Source: Adineta vaga (Eukaryota > Animalia > Rotifera). Taken from it: 64,000 nt of DNA. The translations under genes were made by a program, and so were the position numbers. Below the pieces are notes generated by a model that saw only the letters and a list, made by a program, of their open reading frames with translations, did not search any database and was not told where the DNA came from. Shown here in pieces: positions 14,881 to 28,830 of the stretch (position 1 is the first letter of the stretch; each line of letters starts with the position of its first letter). The DNA is taken from assembly GCA_021613535.1 (NCBI GenBank), contig CP075496.1, forward strand, positions 6,076,001 to 6,140,000, read 5' to 3'.

Positions 14881-14896
14881 GTTTCTCCATAGAAAC
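14881..14896. promoter_or_regulatory. Candidate RFX X-box upstream of FBF1-like gene
   Basis: GTTTCTCCATAGAAAC is an inverted repeat (GTTTCT/AGAAC-type arms) with a 13/14 match to RTHNYYWTRRNRAC. It lies ~85 bp upstream of the ATG of a ciliary gene. Confidence 0.5.
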
Positions 14897-14979
14897 TGAT
14901 ATGAATTATGAAGAAAAAGAATTCCTTCAAGCATTTTTCTGTCTTCTCTTCCTATGAATAATCCTTGAATTTAATCAAT

Positions 14980-17900
14980 ATGAGTAAGATCATCGACTTT
15001 TTCCTGAGAAAAGATATATTAAATATTATGTTTTTTTCTCAATTATCTCACTCATAGACAGATCAACATTCGATGATATTCTTCAAGACTTAAATATTGG
15101 CATTAACGGTAAAATATTTAACGTCTAAAAACATCAACCTTACTCATTCTTTTGTTTATTTAGATAATAAAACTACCACAAATACGAAAAATCAAAGAGC
15201 TAATTTTGATCCTGATGATGATTGGTTGGCTACTCCCAGAGTATAATATATTTAACTACGAAAAAATTAGATTGAGTTCATAGTGCATATATTACAGGAT
15301 ACAAAAAAATCGACTACAAACATTGCAGCATCACGACAAAATGATTCTGATGATTTAGATGTTGACGTTGATGATAAATGGAATCAAACAGGCGGTTCCA
15401 ATTTTTCCTATGTACCAAATTTTGGTGGTACTGGAACTTTGACCAATACATTCTCTGGTACGTAGAATTTCATGACATACCATCGATTCATACAACTCGA
15501 TTTTATTTAAATATCTTTATATTATGAGAATATCATTCGAAAATGCATACTTCGATCGAACTGATATTCTTTCACACGAAGGATCTTAAGAAAATTGATC
15601 AGAACGATGAATTGACAAGTACATATATAAAAATATATCTAAAAATTGTTTCGTATAATCAAGTTTTCTTTACATTATAAGTCGATATTTCATTGTTATA
15701 TCTGTAAATTTTTATTATAAACATTATAGCTCAAGGTCAAGATACAATACAACGTATTGTAAATCAACCTCGACCAGCAACATCAAGTGGTACTCGAAAA
15801 TATGACGATTTATTTGGAAGTAAATATTTAGACTATAGTTTTGCTTTACTAGACTTTCATTATAGCTTCACCGCCGAAAACTACTATGACAAGTGATATG
15901 GATAAAAATAAGAAAACAGTCCGGTACGTTTCGAAAAAGTTGTCTCATAGAAACTGTTCATTTACTTGTTTATAGTTTCGATGAAAATGATTCAACACGT
16001 CCAACAACTGCGCCACCATCTTCGGATTTATTACAACATCGATCTGGTACAGGAACTATAGCAACCATGCGTACTGGCCTTGAACCAAATAAATCATTCA
16101 GTATGTCATCTCCTAATAAACCAACAGCAACAACTGAATCGAATAATTCGAACGATTGGCTTGGTTTAAAAGATGAATCAAGTGACGAAGATGAATTTCC
16201 TATACGTCCACCGCAAAAAACAGAACCAGTTACTACTACTCTAGCAAAAAAGACACCTCTATTATCAGTTCCAGAACCACCACCGAAGAAATCAGTCTTA
16301 GATGATTTACTTAACGATGATCGACGAGCATTAACAGAAAAAACTCCTGTTGTACCAACAGTAACATCTAAAATAACATCTCAAAATCTTTGGTTTGATG
16401 ATGAAAAAATATCTGATAAACGTTCATCTACTGCTAATACACAGAAAACGTTATTGTTCCAAGATACTCAACAAAACAAGCCATCTACCAAGACTCCATT
16501 AGACTCAAAAACTGATTTCTGTAATTTCTTTATTTATAATGCAAAAAAACGTCATTTCATCACATTTCATTTCTTTAGCTAATATAACTTTTAAAGATTC
16601 AGGAAAAGACTCTCTTTTTACTAATGAATCACCAATCTCAACAGCAACTAGATCAAATTCATCAGCAGTCAATGTAAGTGAAATTGAAAATAAGAATTTT
16701 CTGTTCATCGTATCATCTCCTTGATCGTTTTAGCTTGATATGAAACGACTTGAATACGAAAATAACGAACTTCGTATGACATTGGATCATGTAAAACGAC
16801 AATATGAAGTTGAACGAACTATGCTTGAAGAAGGTTATAAACATCGAATTGAATATGTAGAAAAATCATGTGAAAGAAGAGAATCAAGGTAAGATATTAC
16901 TAGTGAACACGTAAAATTAATTAAATTATGAATTGTCACGTTAGATTCAAAGAAGAAAATGAACATTTACTTCGTCAAATCAATGATCGTACACAACAAT
17001 ATGAAAATGAAAAATCTGCATTACTACTGGATCATCAACGACGTTTAGATGAATTACAAAGAGATCGAACCATAGAATTAGAAAATCTTCGGACATTACA
17101 AAGGTTTGTATTCTTTTCAATCTTCCAAAAATATCTTAATATCTGTATGACTTTTTTTTCAGACAAAATCTTGATCATTTACGTAGAGAACATGACCAAG
17201 CAATTCAACGTTTAAAACAACTTAAACAAGAAGAAATGTCTACAGCATTTGATGTCACAACACATACCGAGGTATAAATGAATGAATTAGTTGAAAATCA
17301 TAATGATGAAATCTTTCTTTAGAGCATTTGAATCTGTTGTGGATCATATGGAACAAAATGCAAAAAATATTGATGAACTTCGACTTAAAATTGAAGCAAA
17401 ACACAGTTCAGCATTATCCGACAAAGAAATCGAAGCACGAGCTAAAGAACAACAACTAAAAGGTATAATAGATGCAAGTTAAGTGACTTGATAACAATAC
17501 TTTTTCTTTTCTTTTTTTTTCTCAAGCTTACGAAGAACGTTTACATATGCAATCGAATGATTTCGAACGTGAACGTAAAAATTTACAAGAGCTCATTGCT
17601 CGATTAGAAGTTCATCTTTCTGAACAAACAAAACTTGTTGAAGAAGTAAAATTTTCACATCCTTCTAGAAAATATTTCATTTTTTGTTTTAAGGAACGAT
17701 GGAAAGCTTTACAAGCTCAAAAACGTATGGAAGCAATGCAAGATGCTTTGAATGGAGAACAACGTTTATTTACAGAAAAAATTGCACGTGATCGTTCGGA
17801 AATTCAACGTGGAAAAGATCTATTACTTGAGGATCAAAAAGTTGCTCTTGCAAGTGTCTATGAAAGTCGATCACAATTGGCTAATGAACGTGCAAAAATC

Positions 17901-18990
17901 GAAGCATTACAAAAAACATTTCAAGAACAGAAACAACGCGATATGTTACAAGCTGCTACTGTAAAATAGTTGCACTCATTTGCATTGTTTTCTATTATTG
18001 GAAGATTCTTTTGTCTTAGGTCGAAGCCGAAGCTCGTGCTCAACAAAAAGTTCTCTCTGAACAAATGGCACGTTTAGATAAACGTGAACAAGAAATAATT
18101 AAACGTGAAGAAACATTACTTATTGAACGACGTTCATTAACTGAATTGAAACAACGAGTTGAGATTGAACAATCAACTGTTAAGAATGATTATGAAGAAA
18201 TAAAACAGAAATTGATTGATATTGAACATGCTAATGATGCGATTAGAAAAGAAAAAGAACGTTTATCTCAATTATATTTTGAATTACATGCATTAGATGG
18301 TAAAAATACAGGTCGACTTCAACAACTGCAACAATCGATTCAAACTCTACGACATCAAGAAGAACATATGAGCGAAGTAAATTTTCTGATTAAGTCACTT
18401 AAAATATTTGATTAACTAATTCGAATGCTTTCGTTATGTATGATTCATCTCAGTTTTTCGAATCATTTTTTCGATATATTACTACTGAAATGATAAGAAA
18501 CTTAATTTCTTGCTGAATGCCTTCTATTTCTAGCAATATTCTCGAATGGCTGACGAACGACCAAATCGCAATCATCTTCGTTCAAGTGTTACACTTAGTT
18601 CTCAATCACCATTGAAGGATACGGGTTTTTCCAGTAAGATATCAATTTATATTCAAACATTTTCATCTCTAAATCAATATTTCCAATTAGCTATGCAACT
18701 TGTTTCAGCAACACCACTTTTACCTACGACATCTTCTCAACAATCAATCGAAGAAAGTGTTGCTTTACGAACATTACGAATGAATGCGCTACAGGTACGT
18801 TAAAATTAAATAAATGATAAACTATTCTAGAAATAACTTTTTTTCTGCTTAGGACCAATTATATATTCAAGATGAAATGTCATTTCTTAGTAGTTTACGA
18901 GCGGGAAATCCTCTCTTATCACGTACCGGAGCAAGTCATGGCAATCTTCATCGACTTACTGATTACAATTTACTTAGGACCAATCATTAG
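14980..18990 (+). CDS. FBF1: Fas-binding factor 1 (FBF1/DYF-19)-like ciliary transition fibre coiled-coil protein
   Basis: Multi-exon gene with N-terminal 'STFDDILQDL', a low-complexity region with 'DWLGLKD', and a long coiled coil ('ERERKNLQELIARLEVHLSEQTKLVEEERWKA'). C-terminal 'ALQDQLYIQDEMSFLSSLR' resembles the FBF1 terminal motif. Some 5' exon boundaries are uncertain. Confidence 0.72.
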
Positions 18991-20274
18991 TTTGACAGTG
19001 GCTACTTTTTCTAATGTATTTATAGATGTTATTGAAAAAATAGAAAGAAAGAAAACTGAAACAATGAAATGAACTTTAATTACTTCTTCGTATTTTATTT
19101 TTATTTTCAAATTTCTCTGCTTTTTATAATAAGAATGTTTGATAAAATCCAGTATTGAATGGTAGACTGTGTCATACGAATAAGAATAGAAATAAATTAA
19201 AATGATGAAAAAATGTCGAAATGAATGTCTGTTTCATATAAAACATGTTGCTCGAGGTGAACTAATCAAAAGAAGAGAAAAAAGGTTCCTTATAAACAAA
19301 AATTATTTGACAAACAGACAACATTAGTTGATATTTTTGTTTAAAGTGCAGTAAGTATACTCTTTTCAGGGTTATGTAAGACTGTCCCATATACAGTAGA
19401 GTCTTATTATCTTGAGTTCGTCTCTTCTGTCAAAGAATCATGAAAAGTGTCATTTGTTGACTTTATGATAACATATAGATGTGTAATTCTATTAAATATG
19501 TCCTAATATATTACCACTACGTGGTTTAAAACATAACTGTGATAGTCGATTTTGTTCAAGTGAATATTAGTAAGTTTATTTTCGATACAAAAAAGCAAAA
19601 CAGAAAAGAGTCAAAGAAGAAGAAAATGCGGAATATCTACAAATATCTGTACAGTCTAATGTGAGTTTAGTATAAGGAATACTACTGCTATTCGATGACG
19701 ATTCATCGAAATATGTAACTATTCTACATGTAAACTTGATAAATTGTAATTTACAAAGAAAGAGAAAGAAAAGAACATATCGATTATTTTTGATACTCCA
19801 CAACATTCATACCATACATTCCCACATTATTCAAGATTGAAAACTATTTGTCGAAAATATAGTCCAACATAGTATTGAAATCTAGGTAGCTTTACTCTGT
19901 GCGCATTGCGAGATTCCACGTGTGATTTGAATCACGTTTCTTCTTATTTATTTATTATAGAGTGAAAGAAAAGAAGAAAAAAAATGAATGGACACTAGTG
20001 ACGCCGAAGAGAAAAACACCAACAAAAGAAAGAAACAAGAAATATTCATAGAGAACAGATTAAAATCAAACTATTCGACCACGAAATAAATAATGTGATG
20101 TAGTTTTATTTATTGCATTTCATTCAGATGATTTTTCGAAAAAGAATTATAATAAATTGATGCAAGGTATTTATTCTATAGTAGAACAATAGTTTTTAAG
20201 CATATTGATATTTTCAAGTGATTAAATTAACCAACGATTATGATTTTTTCTATTTTAGGCGATAATTGCCTTCA

Positions 20275-23200
20275 ATGTCTGCAAATCCCGAGGATATTTC
20301 TGAAAAACGAACAGTTTCGCAGAAGTAAGTAATTCAATCACAAAGATATTTTAATTTAAATAATTCCATAATAAAGATATCGAATCGAATAAAAGATCTT
20401 CTATTTTATAAGTTTTATAAAACCACATACTTATCCATTTAGTCGCTCTTGTTAATTGTTTCAAAATTGTATTTTATGATGAATTTTCTTACTAAAAAAT
20501 GCATTTCACTAATGAGTTTCATATATCTGTACTTGAAAGAATGATCTAATTTGAGCAATCAGGAAATAGTCGAGTATTTTATTTCATAGCTTGAACGCTC
20601 ACAATTGTACTAATTTTAATGCAGATTAGAGAGAATAGTGTGAACAGAGATCTATAAGCGCACGCAATACGACAACATATTCTTACAATATGTGCTGTAT
20701 TATGTCAATGTAAGTTAACCAACATCAAAATGATTAAGAAAGTTTTTGCAGAAAGAAGGAAAATAGTGTATATCACTTTTCTATTTGAGACATTCTTTAT
20801 GTAGTTAAATTAATAGATGTAATATTTCTAGGCGAAACTTGTTCGAATATTTATTTATCAAATTCAATACTTTTTATGAAAATATCTTTTCAACAATCGG
20901 TAGACAACTTGGTCATCGACCATTCATATTCATTTTACTATCCTTTACTTTAACTGGTCTATGTTCATTGGGTTTCCTACGTTCAAAGATGATTAATAAT
21001 GCTGATGTTCTCTTTATTCCAACTGATGCTAGAAGTATTCGTGATCGTGAAATAGTCATGAAGAAATTACCAATGAATTATGATGATTATTATCTTCATC
21101 AAGATTATGATCTAGGTATATTTGGTGATGTCATTTTTCTAACAGGAAATTATGGAAATATTCGTCGTCTAAATATTCGTAATGAATTAAAACGTATTTA
21201 TACATTAATACAAAATATAAATGTTACATATGGTAATTCGACATATTTCTATAAAGATCTTTGTGCCAAGCGAGAAAATCGATGTGTAACTGAAGGTGAT
21301 ATTTTTTTTCGTGAATCATTTTGGCAACGTTTACGAGATAAAGAATTACAAAATCATATTGTTAATGATCTCTATACAGATGATGAGGGTGAATCGAATT
21401 ATTTACCATTTATATTTGGAAAAAATCTAACGAAAGATTTCGAAAAGCAGACATTTTTTGCACGAGTATTGAAATTACGTTTTAATTTACGAAGAACATC
21501 GATCATTAATGGGAAAATAGTCGATATAGAAATGATTAGTCGAATGTGGGAACAAGCTTTTTTACAATTCTTCGAACATTTTCATTCAATTATGGTTCAA
21601 GCTATATATTGTGTATCAACATCGATCGATCAAGAATTAGAAAAAAATATTCATCTAGGTAAGAAAATGATCGACTAGAATGTAATTTCTTCTATTGATT
21701 ATACTTCATGTATAGATTTGATGTTGGTTGTTCTCACATTTGTTGTTATGATTATTGTGGCAACAATTTGCTTGTCAATACGTAGTCCATTTGCTCAATC
21801 ACCAGTTTATTTATCTGGTGCAGGTGTTCTAGCAACGATGCTTGGATTAGTATCTGGTTTTGGATTTTGTCTATTAGTTGGCATACCAATGTGTTCGTTA
21901 GTATTTGTGACACCATTTTTAGTTATCGGTAAGATAGATGTTGGTTTTATATGCTATGTATACAAGAGAATAAATGATTAGGTGTGGGTACGGATGATAT
22001 GTTTTTAATTTATTCGGCATATCGACGAACGAAATCATCGGAAACAACTGTACAAAGATTAGCGGAAACATTTCGTATATGTGGATCGGGTATAACAATA
22101 ACATCATTGACAAATGTGATTGCTTTTCTTGCTGGAGCAACAACGAATTTTTATGGAATACGTCTATTTTGTTTTTATACAAGTAAGCAAATCTCACATA
22201 AATATAGAAAGTTAAAAAACTTAATATATTTATCTTTTATCTCTAGGCGCTTCACTTGCTTTTTGTTATATCTATCAAATAACATTATTTGGTAGTACGA
22301 TTGCTTTGTACAATGATTGTATAAATAATAATCGACATACTGTCATCCTATGTTAACTGATCGCACATCATCAGCAACTAGTCCGAAAAGTCGCCGCCGT
22401 AATCGTCAACAATGTTTACCATTAAAAGGAATGTTTATATACATTACAAAACCATTATTTACAACATTTGGTCAAATTATAGTCTGTTCAATCTTTATTA
22501 TCTATACAATATTTGCTATTTATGGAGCATTACAAATGCGAGATGGAATGAAATTAGGACAATTGTTAAATGATCAATCATATGCGAAACTATATTTTGA
22601 TACATTAGATAAAGAATTTGATATTCATCCGTTAGTACAATTTATTATTACGGAACCAATTCCGTATTGGAGACATTCTTATATGAAACAGATCAAAGAT
22701 TTTATCACAAATGCTAAACAAATGAAAGGTAAACATACAGAAATCAAATTTGTTCTTCAGAAAATCTTAAAAACAATTTTTAGGTATGGATGAAAAATTT
22801 GAAATTTCTTGGTTTACCTTATTAGATTATACGGGATATGAACATCCATTAGATAATGGAACATTTTTTATAGACAAAATTCATGGTTTTGTAAATTTAT
22901 TTCCTCCATTTGCTAATGATTTAGTATTTAATCAAACTCATCTATTAACTAGTCGGTTTTATTTAAAATTCGGACATGTTCATTACAATTCACATGATGG
23001 ACATTTAGTTAATCAATTACGTGCACTTGCTGAACAATCAAAACTACCAATCAAAGGTAGGAGAATTTCTGTTCATTACGTACGTTTTTTTTAATACTAA
23101 TTCTATTCCTTCAGAGTTGCTAAGAGATTTAGTTGATCTTAATAATAATTCAAATAAAAATTTCATCTATTTTGTTTAGTTTACAGTAGTCTTTTCAAAT

Positions 23201-23895
23201 ATTATGAACAAATGTATGAAGTAATACCAAATATCATTCAAACATTTCTCATTGCCATTGAAGCGATGTACTTAGCAACTTTATTACTCATTCCTGATTT
23301 AAAATCTGTTTTAATTATTATATCTACTATGGGAATGATCTTAACTAGTCTTGTTGCTACTTTACATGTTTGGGGTATTCAAGCATCATCGGTTATGATG
23401 GTAGAACTTGTTATGTCAATTGGTTTTTGTTCAGATTTTTGTGTACATATTGTTCATGCATTTTTAACAGGAACTGGTACAAGAAAAGAACGTGCACAAC
23501 AAGCACTGATTAATATGGGAATGCCAATCTTATGTGCATGTTTATCTTCAATTATTGGTGTACTTTTTCTAGGTTTAGCTCAATCATATTTATTTCGAAC
23601 ATTTTTTAAAACTATCGTTTCTATTATGATCTTGGGAGCTATTCATGCTCTATGTTTTCTACCGGTTATACTTTCTCTCATTGGTTCTCATTGGCCATCA
23701 CATATGAATAATAGAATCCAACATAATGATACACTTGAAATGACAACAACGAAGATGAATGATGCACAAATGAATGAACGTTTAAATGAAGACGTTCTTA
23801 TGAAACGAGAACAATTACAAAAGGCACAAAATACCATTGAAGAAGAAGATGATGATGATGATGAATTGATGTCAACAACGAAAAATATTGCTTAA
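20275..23895 (+). CDS. Patched-related (PTCHD3/PTR-like) RND membrane protein with sterol-sensing domain
   Basis: First coding exon 20275-20324 splices in frame to 20832. SSD 'VTPFLVIGVGTDDMFL' (GxDD), 'GITITSLTNVIAF', second repeat 'MSIGFCSDFCVHI', and 'FRTFFKT...HALCFLPVILS'. Confidence 0.92.
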
Positions 23896-26800
23896 AATAC
23901 ATTTCTTTTTTAATGAAGAGTTGATAATAATAATGATCTTTACTCAATTGAAATAAATCAGCTAATTAGAAATATCTTAATCATTTATTTTCAATGAATA
24001 ATATCAATTTTTTTGCACAAGTTATAATTCAATTGATTGTATGGCACTCTCAATTTCATATGTTATCGATCTGTATGATTTAATAAGCTTGTAGATTACT
24101 TCCGATACATTTATATTTTGCTAACTACCTAGAAGGATAATATCCATATTAGATGGAGTTTTAGGTACTATACCATTTGATTCCATTAGTTAAGATCATA
24201 AATTCCGGTTTACATATCAAATAGTCATTTGTATTGACGAAGCAGATTTTCTTTATGTATAGAAGAGAACGGATGTTTACAATTAAAAATCTGAATGTAC
24301 CTAAAGAAGTATTGAGTTCATGTTCGAGTATCATTCAGTTTTGAAGCTATTTCGTTCTTCGTTTTTAAATACACATACTCGAACAGACACAGAACTATTC
24401 AAAGACAATTATAATAACGAGAATTCGTTTTTAAACTCATTTCAATATATTCTCATCTCGTTTAAATCTCATTCAAGTTCTAAAAAAATCTCATATCATT
24501 ATCGTATAACAATGGTTTAATTCGGTGTAATTTGTACTATCTAGGTTTGTAATTCAAACTATACGACTTTATACTTTAATGTAATGACAAACCAGGAAAA
24601 GAAAATTTTCATGATGATTAGATAGATATAATGATACTATTGCTTTCACATGAACAACTGAATTATTTCTACTCTGTTGATTCGATTAGTTTTTCTCTAA
24701 TCAATAACATTCGAGAAAAGCAGAAGAAAAAAAATGCAGATTTCATTGAATAATATTCATTTAAAGTTATACCATGAGTATGTCTTTTCTTTTCTTCTCT
24801 TTCTCAATGAAGATATTTTTCTTCCGCGACATGGAATTTCTTTCATTAACAGTACTACGCTAATTAAATCGACAGATGAAGCAACTTTTTAAAGTATATA
24901 TATATATATAAGTTTTTTCTTTGAAAAATATCATGAAATAGCAATTACTTAGTTGATTTCATATCGTTTGAAAGATCTTATTATTTATTTCCGTTTCTTT
25001 TCTTACGCAACGATGTTCGCTTCTTCAATCAAATTAAACTAAACCATTCGTATTTTCTACATTCATCTAAATTTCCAATTCAAAAAATTCTACAGAATAT
25101 CAAGTTTTCTTGTATTTAATAAACAAAGAAAAACATCCTACTCATTGTATTTTTGATCTCAAACGCCAGTATAATATTGATTTTATTTTCAATATTTGTT
25201 AAATTTCAAATCATTTGTACATATTATTCTTTTGACAGCATCCTTAATCGAATCAATTACCAATCAGAATGAATGGGGTTTGTGTATGCTTCTATATATA
25301 TATATATACATATATATTCTGCTGGATTGATGACAGATGACATGTCCTTTTTTCTTTTCTATTGTGTTGTCGATATTCATTTGCACTTACAGATGTTAGC
25401 ATGTTTTCCTGTCATTCTTGAGAAGCTAGATGCAGTTCTTTCTTTTCTTTTCTTTTTTTTGTTTCTTAGAAGAATATATACATTTGTATTTAATCGGAGT
25501 TTCCTTTTATTAGATCTTCAAACGATAATCAATGTTCAATAAAGGTAATGATGTTTTCTTTAATGAGAAAATTTTATGTTTTTTCAATTACTTGTGGATA
25601 TCTCATTATTCTGTGCTTAAAAAAAGAGAAAAATAAAGGATTAAGTTATTTTTAATGCACTCGACTGAACTTTTTGAAACCAAAACTATCAAGGACAGAA
25701 ATAACTAATTCGTGTCAATATTTCTTTTCGATTATTGATGCATTGATCGACACCTTTATTTGTCAATGAAGAAGAAAAGAAAGATGAAAAAGTATTAAGA
25801 GAAAATGAAGAATCATTAGATCAGGACGAACTCATTTATAGACGTATTCAACATGACAGCGTATATCTCATATTAATGTTCTCTTCTAAGTGTTTCTGCA
25901 ACTTCCATAAACAAATGTACTTTTTATAATTATATGAGTTTATATATAAATAGAAGAACGTACGGATGAGTCATATCTATCGTTTTCAACGATCTTGTTT
26001 TTTTGTTGGTTAGTAGTTTTGTAACTGATCGTACTTTTAGTATATTGAGTATTTGATCGTACATGCTAATCATTATCGATATTATATTATATTATGTATG
26101 TTAGAAGAAAGATTTCGAAGGAAGAGAGTAGTTAAATGTAAGTATACTTTCGGTACACGCAGACGAATCATTGGAGATGGAAAGAAATACAAATAAAGAG
26201 AAGGCAAAGAAAAGAAAAATAGAAATGAAGAACGGAAGAAAAAACAACTATGGAATCTTAAGAACGACTCTTAGCAAAATGAGAGAAAGACCAATATGAT
26301 AGATGAGAGAAAGAAAGAGGTTTGAGTATGTCGCCTTAAGAATTATTCTGTTTTTCCTCTTTTCTAGTCAAACCAAATGAAAATGATGTGTAAGAAAGAC
26401 ATCGAGAACGAATAAAAATATCCTTTTACATATATGAACAACGTCCTTGACGCGGTCAATCTCCAATCATTAAATCGATCTGTTCTAGTTCTTTTTCTTT
26501 TTGTCGTATAGAGAATTACGAAAAGAAATATCTTCGATCAAACTCGGATCATATTCATGAGGTACTTAATCGAGCGGAACATTTTCCTTTCTTTCCACTA
26601 CATATATATTTTGTTTTCGTTGACTATGTATATGCATACATACATGGTTTATTTCGTATCTTCATGCAGAACGATTATTCGTTCGTTAAGTTTTCATTCG
26701 TTCTATACCACTAGTGTATATGTTGATATTTTTGACTCATTTCGATGAATGATGTTTATTACTACTGCTTCTTTCTTGTTTGTTTTTTAGACGATAATGC

Positions 26801-27220
26801 TCGTATGTTTATTATCGATTATTAAAATTAAACACGATGCGTTTTACTAATCCTCTATATACACGTACTTGGACAAAAATGTTTACACCTGTTTCAACAT
26901 TTATCACACAATTAGGTAATTATCTTGAGAAAACAACTGAAATATTCGAGGCAAAGGTCGTTTCCATTTGTCAGATTGTCTAAGAAAAACATAACCTGAC
27001 TTGACTATTATTATTTTTTTTTAATGAAAGCTAATGTAAATAGTCACCATATGTAGCTTCGATTAGTTTCATCATTCTTCTTCTATTTAATTGGAGTCAA
27101 AGAAACATACAGTTTATTTTTGTTTTTTTTTTAACAAAACAGAAATCTTTTCTAGGTAAACAACTTGGTTTACAGACAATTTCAGAAAAAAACTCCTGTG
27201 ATAATGATGTTTTAATCGAA

Positions 27221-28830
27221 ATGGATACAATGTCTAATGGAAACGTTAAACATGATAATGAATCAAATTCTTCAGAAAATATTCTTTCAAATTTTTTATC
27301 TAATCTTACATTTTCGTTTGGATCTCAAACATCATCGCAATCGAACTATGCCGATCAATCTCGCCAATCGCCATCTAAAACATTCAAATTTTATAAGAAA
27401 AAACAACGAAATGCTGATATTAAACATTCGGAAAAGAATACGATGTATCATCAACTTCATATTCAAACAACAAATGATGAAAATAATAATCAAACAAAAA
27501 CAGACAATTCAATTATTATCAATCTTCCAGCACAAACATCTTCCGAAACGAATGATGATATTGACAAATATGTTTTTACTCTTGAACATTTCCTTTGGAT
27601 AACTATTGTTACACTTTGTTATTTTGCATGGTTTATATTTATTGCAGGAATATCAATTGTACCTGTAATTATCTATTTAGTTCTTATCTCACTTTATGTT
27701 TTCTCAGATCGTACACGACGTTTTGCATTAGCTATTATAATTTATTTCACTTATTTACTTTTGTATGATGCATTACATTTAATACCAAATTATACAATAT
27801 CAAATGTTCATATTCTTGATGTTTATTTAATTGAAAAGAAACTTTTTGGAATCTATAAAAATGGACATTTAATGACATTAAATGAATATTTTCGATTAAA
27901 TCATACACCATTTTTCGATGTTCTATCGGGTATATGTTATCTTAATTGGTAAGAAATCCAATATTTATTTCGTGTTTCTTTGTCTTGTTTTTCTTTCTTT
28001 TTTTCAAATTAAAGAGAAAAGATATTTATTAACTTTGTTATTGAATATGTTTTCTCGAGTTTTTTTTCGATTACGATTATTTGCATTTGAGTTAAGAGTA
28101 ATACGACCTATTTGTTCAAAGATAATTGATTTCGATAGAATTTTTATATGAAATTCTGATTGTATTCTAGAAGAATGAAACAGATGGAAAATAATATTAA
28201 TCAAAAATATCTATCTAATCGATTTTTTTTTATTTTCTATAGGATTCCAATACCAATTGCATATAGCTTATATCTTTATCGGTATAAAACTAAACGAGAT
28301 TATATTGATTTTGCATTTACATTTCTTCTTACAAATCTTCTTGGTTTTGTTATTTATTATATCGTTCCAGCTGCGTAAGTCATTTCTTTTCTCATTCATT
28401 TCCCTGGGTTATCTTGATCTTTTCCTTTAGACCACCATGGTATGTAGAATTGTATGGTTTTGATATGAATATGAAAGCACCCGGTAGTCCAGCTGGTTTT
28501 ATTCATTTTGATCGAATTCTTGGATTGAAAATCTTTTCATCGATGTATTCGAAAAATGCCAATGTTTTTGCTGCTATTCCATCATTACATGCAGCTTATC
28601 CACTAATAACTGTTCTCTACGGATCTTTAAGTAAAAAACTTTGGCTTCATATCGGATTTGTGATATTTACATTGGGTGTATGGTTTTCCGCTGTTTATTC
28701 TGGACATCATTATGTTATTGATGTTCTAGCTGGTGGAACATGTGCTGTATCAGCTTTTATACTATATCGTCTTTTATCTCGTGTACCAACAATCAATCGA
28801 TTACTTGTTGCATACAGTAAATTAATCTAA
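27221..28830 (+). CDS. Aur1/inositol-phosphorylceramide-synthase-like PAP2 (PAP2_3) membrane phosphotransferase, bacterial-type
   Basis: Exons 27221-27948, 28243-28374, 28431-28830. Motifs 'YYIVPAAPPWY', 'PAGFIHFD', 'NANVFAAIPSLHAAYP' and 'SAVYSGHHYVIDVLAG', giving an intact His/His/Asp catalytic set. Confidence 0.88.

Noticed and set aside
19988-20089. 33-codon ORF upstream of the Patched-related gene
   Set aside because: Ends in a stop with no in-frame splice to the gene; at most a uORF and otherwise unsupported.
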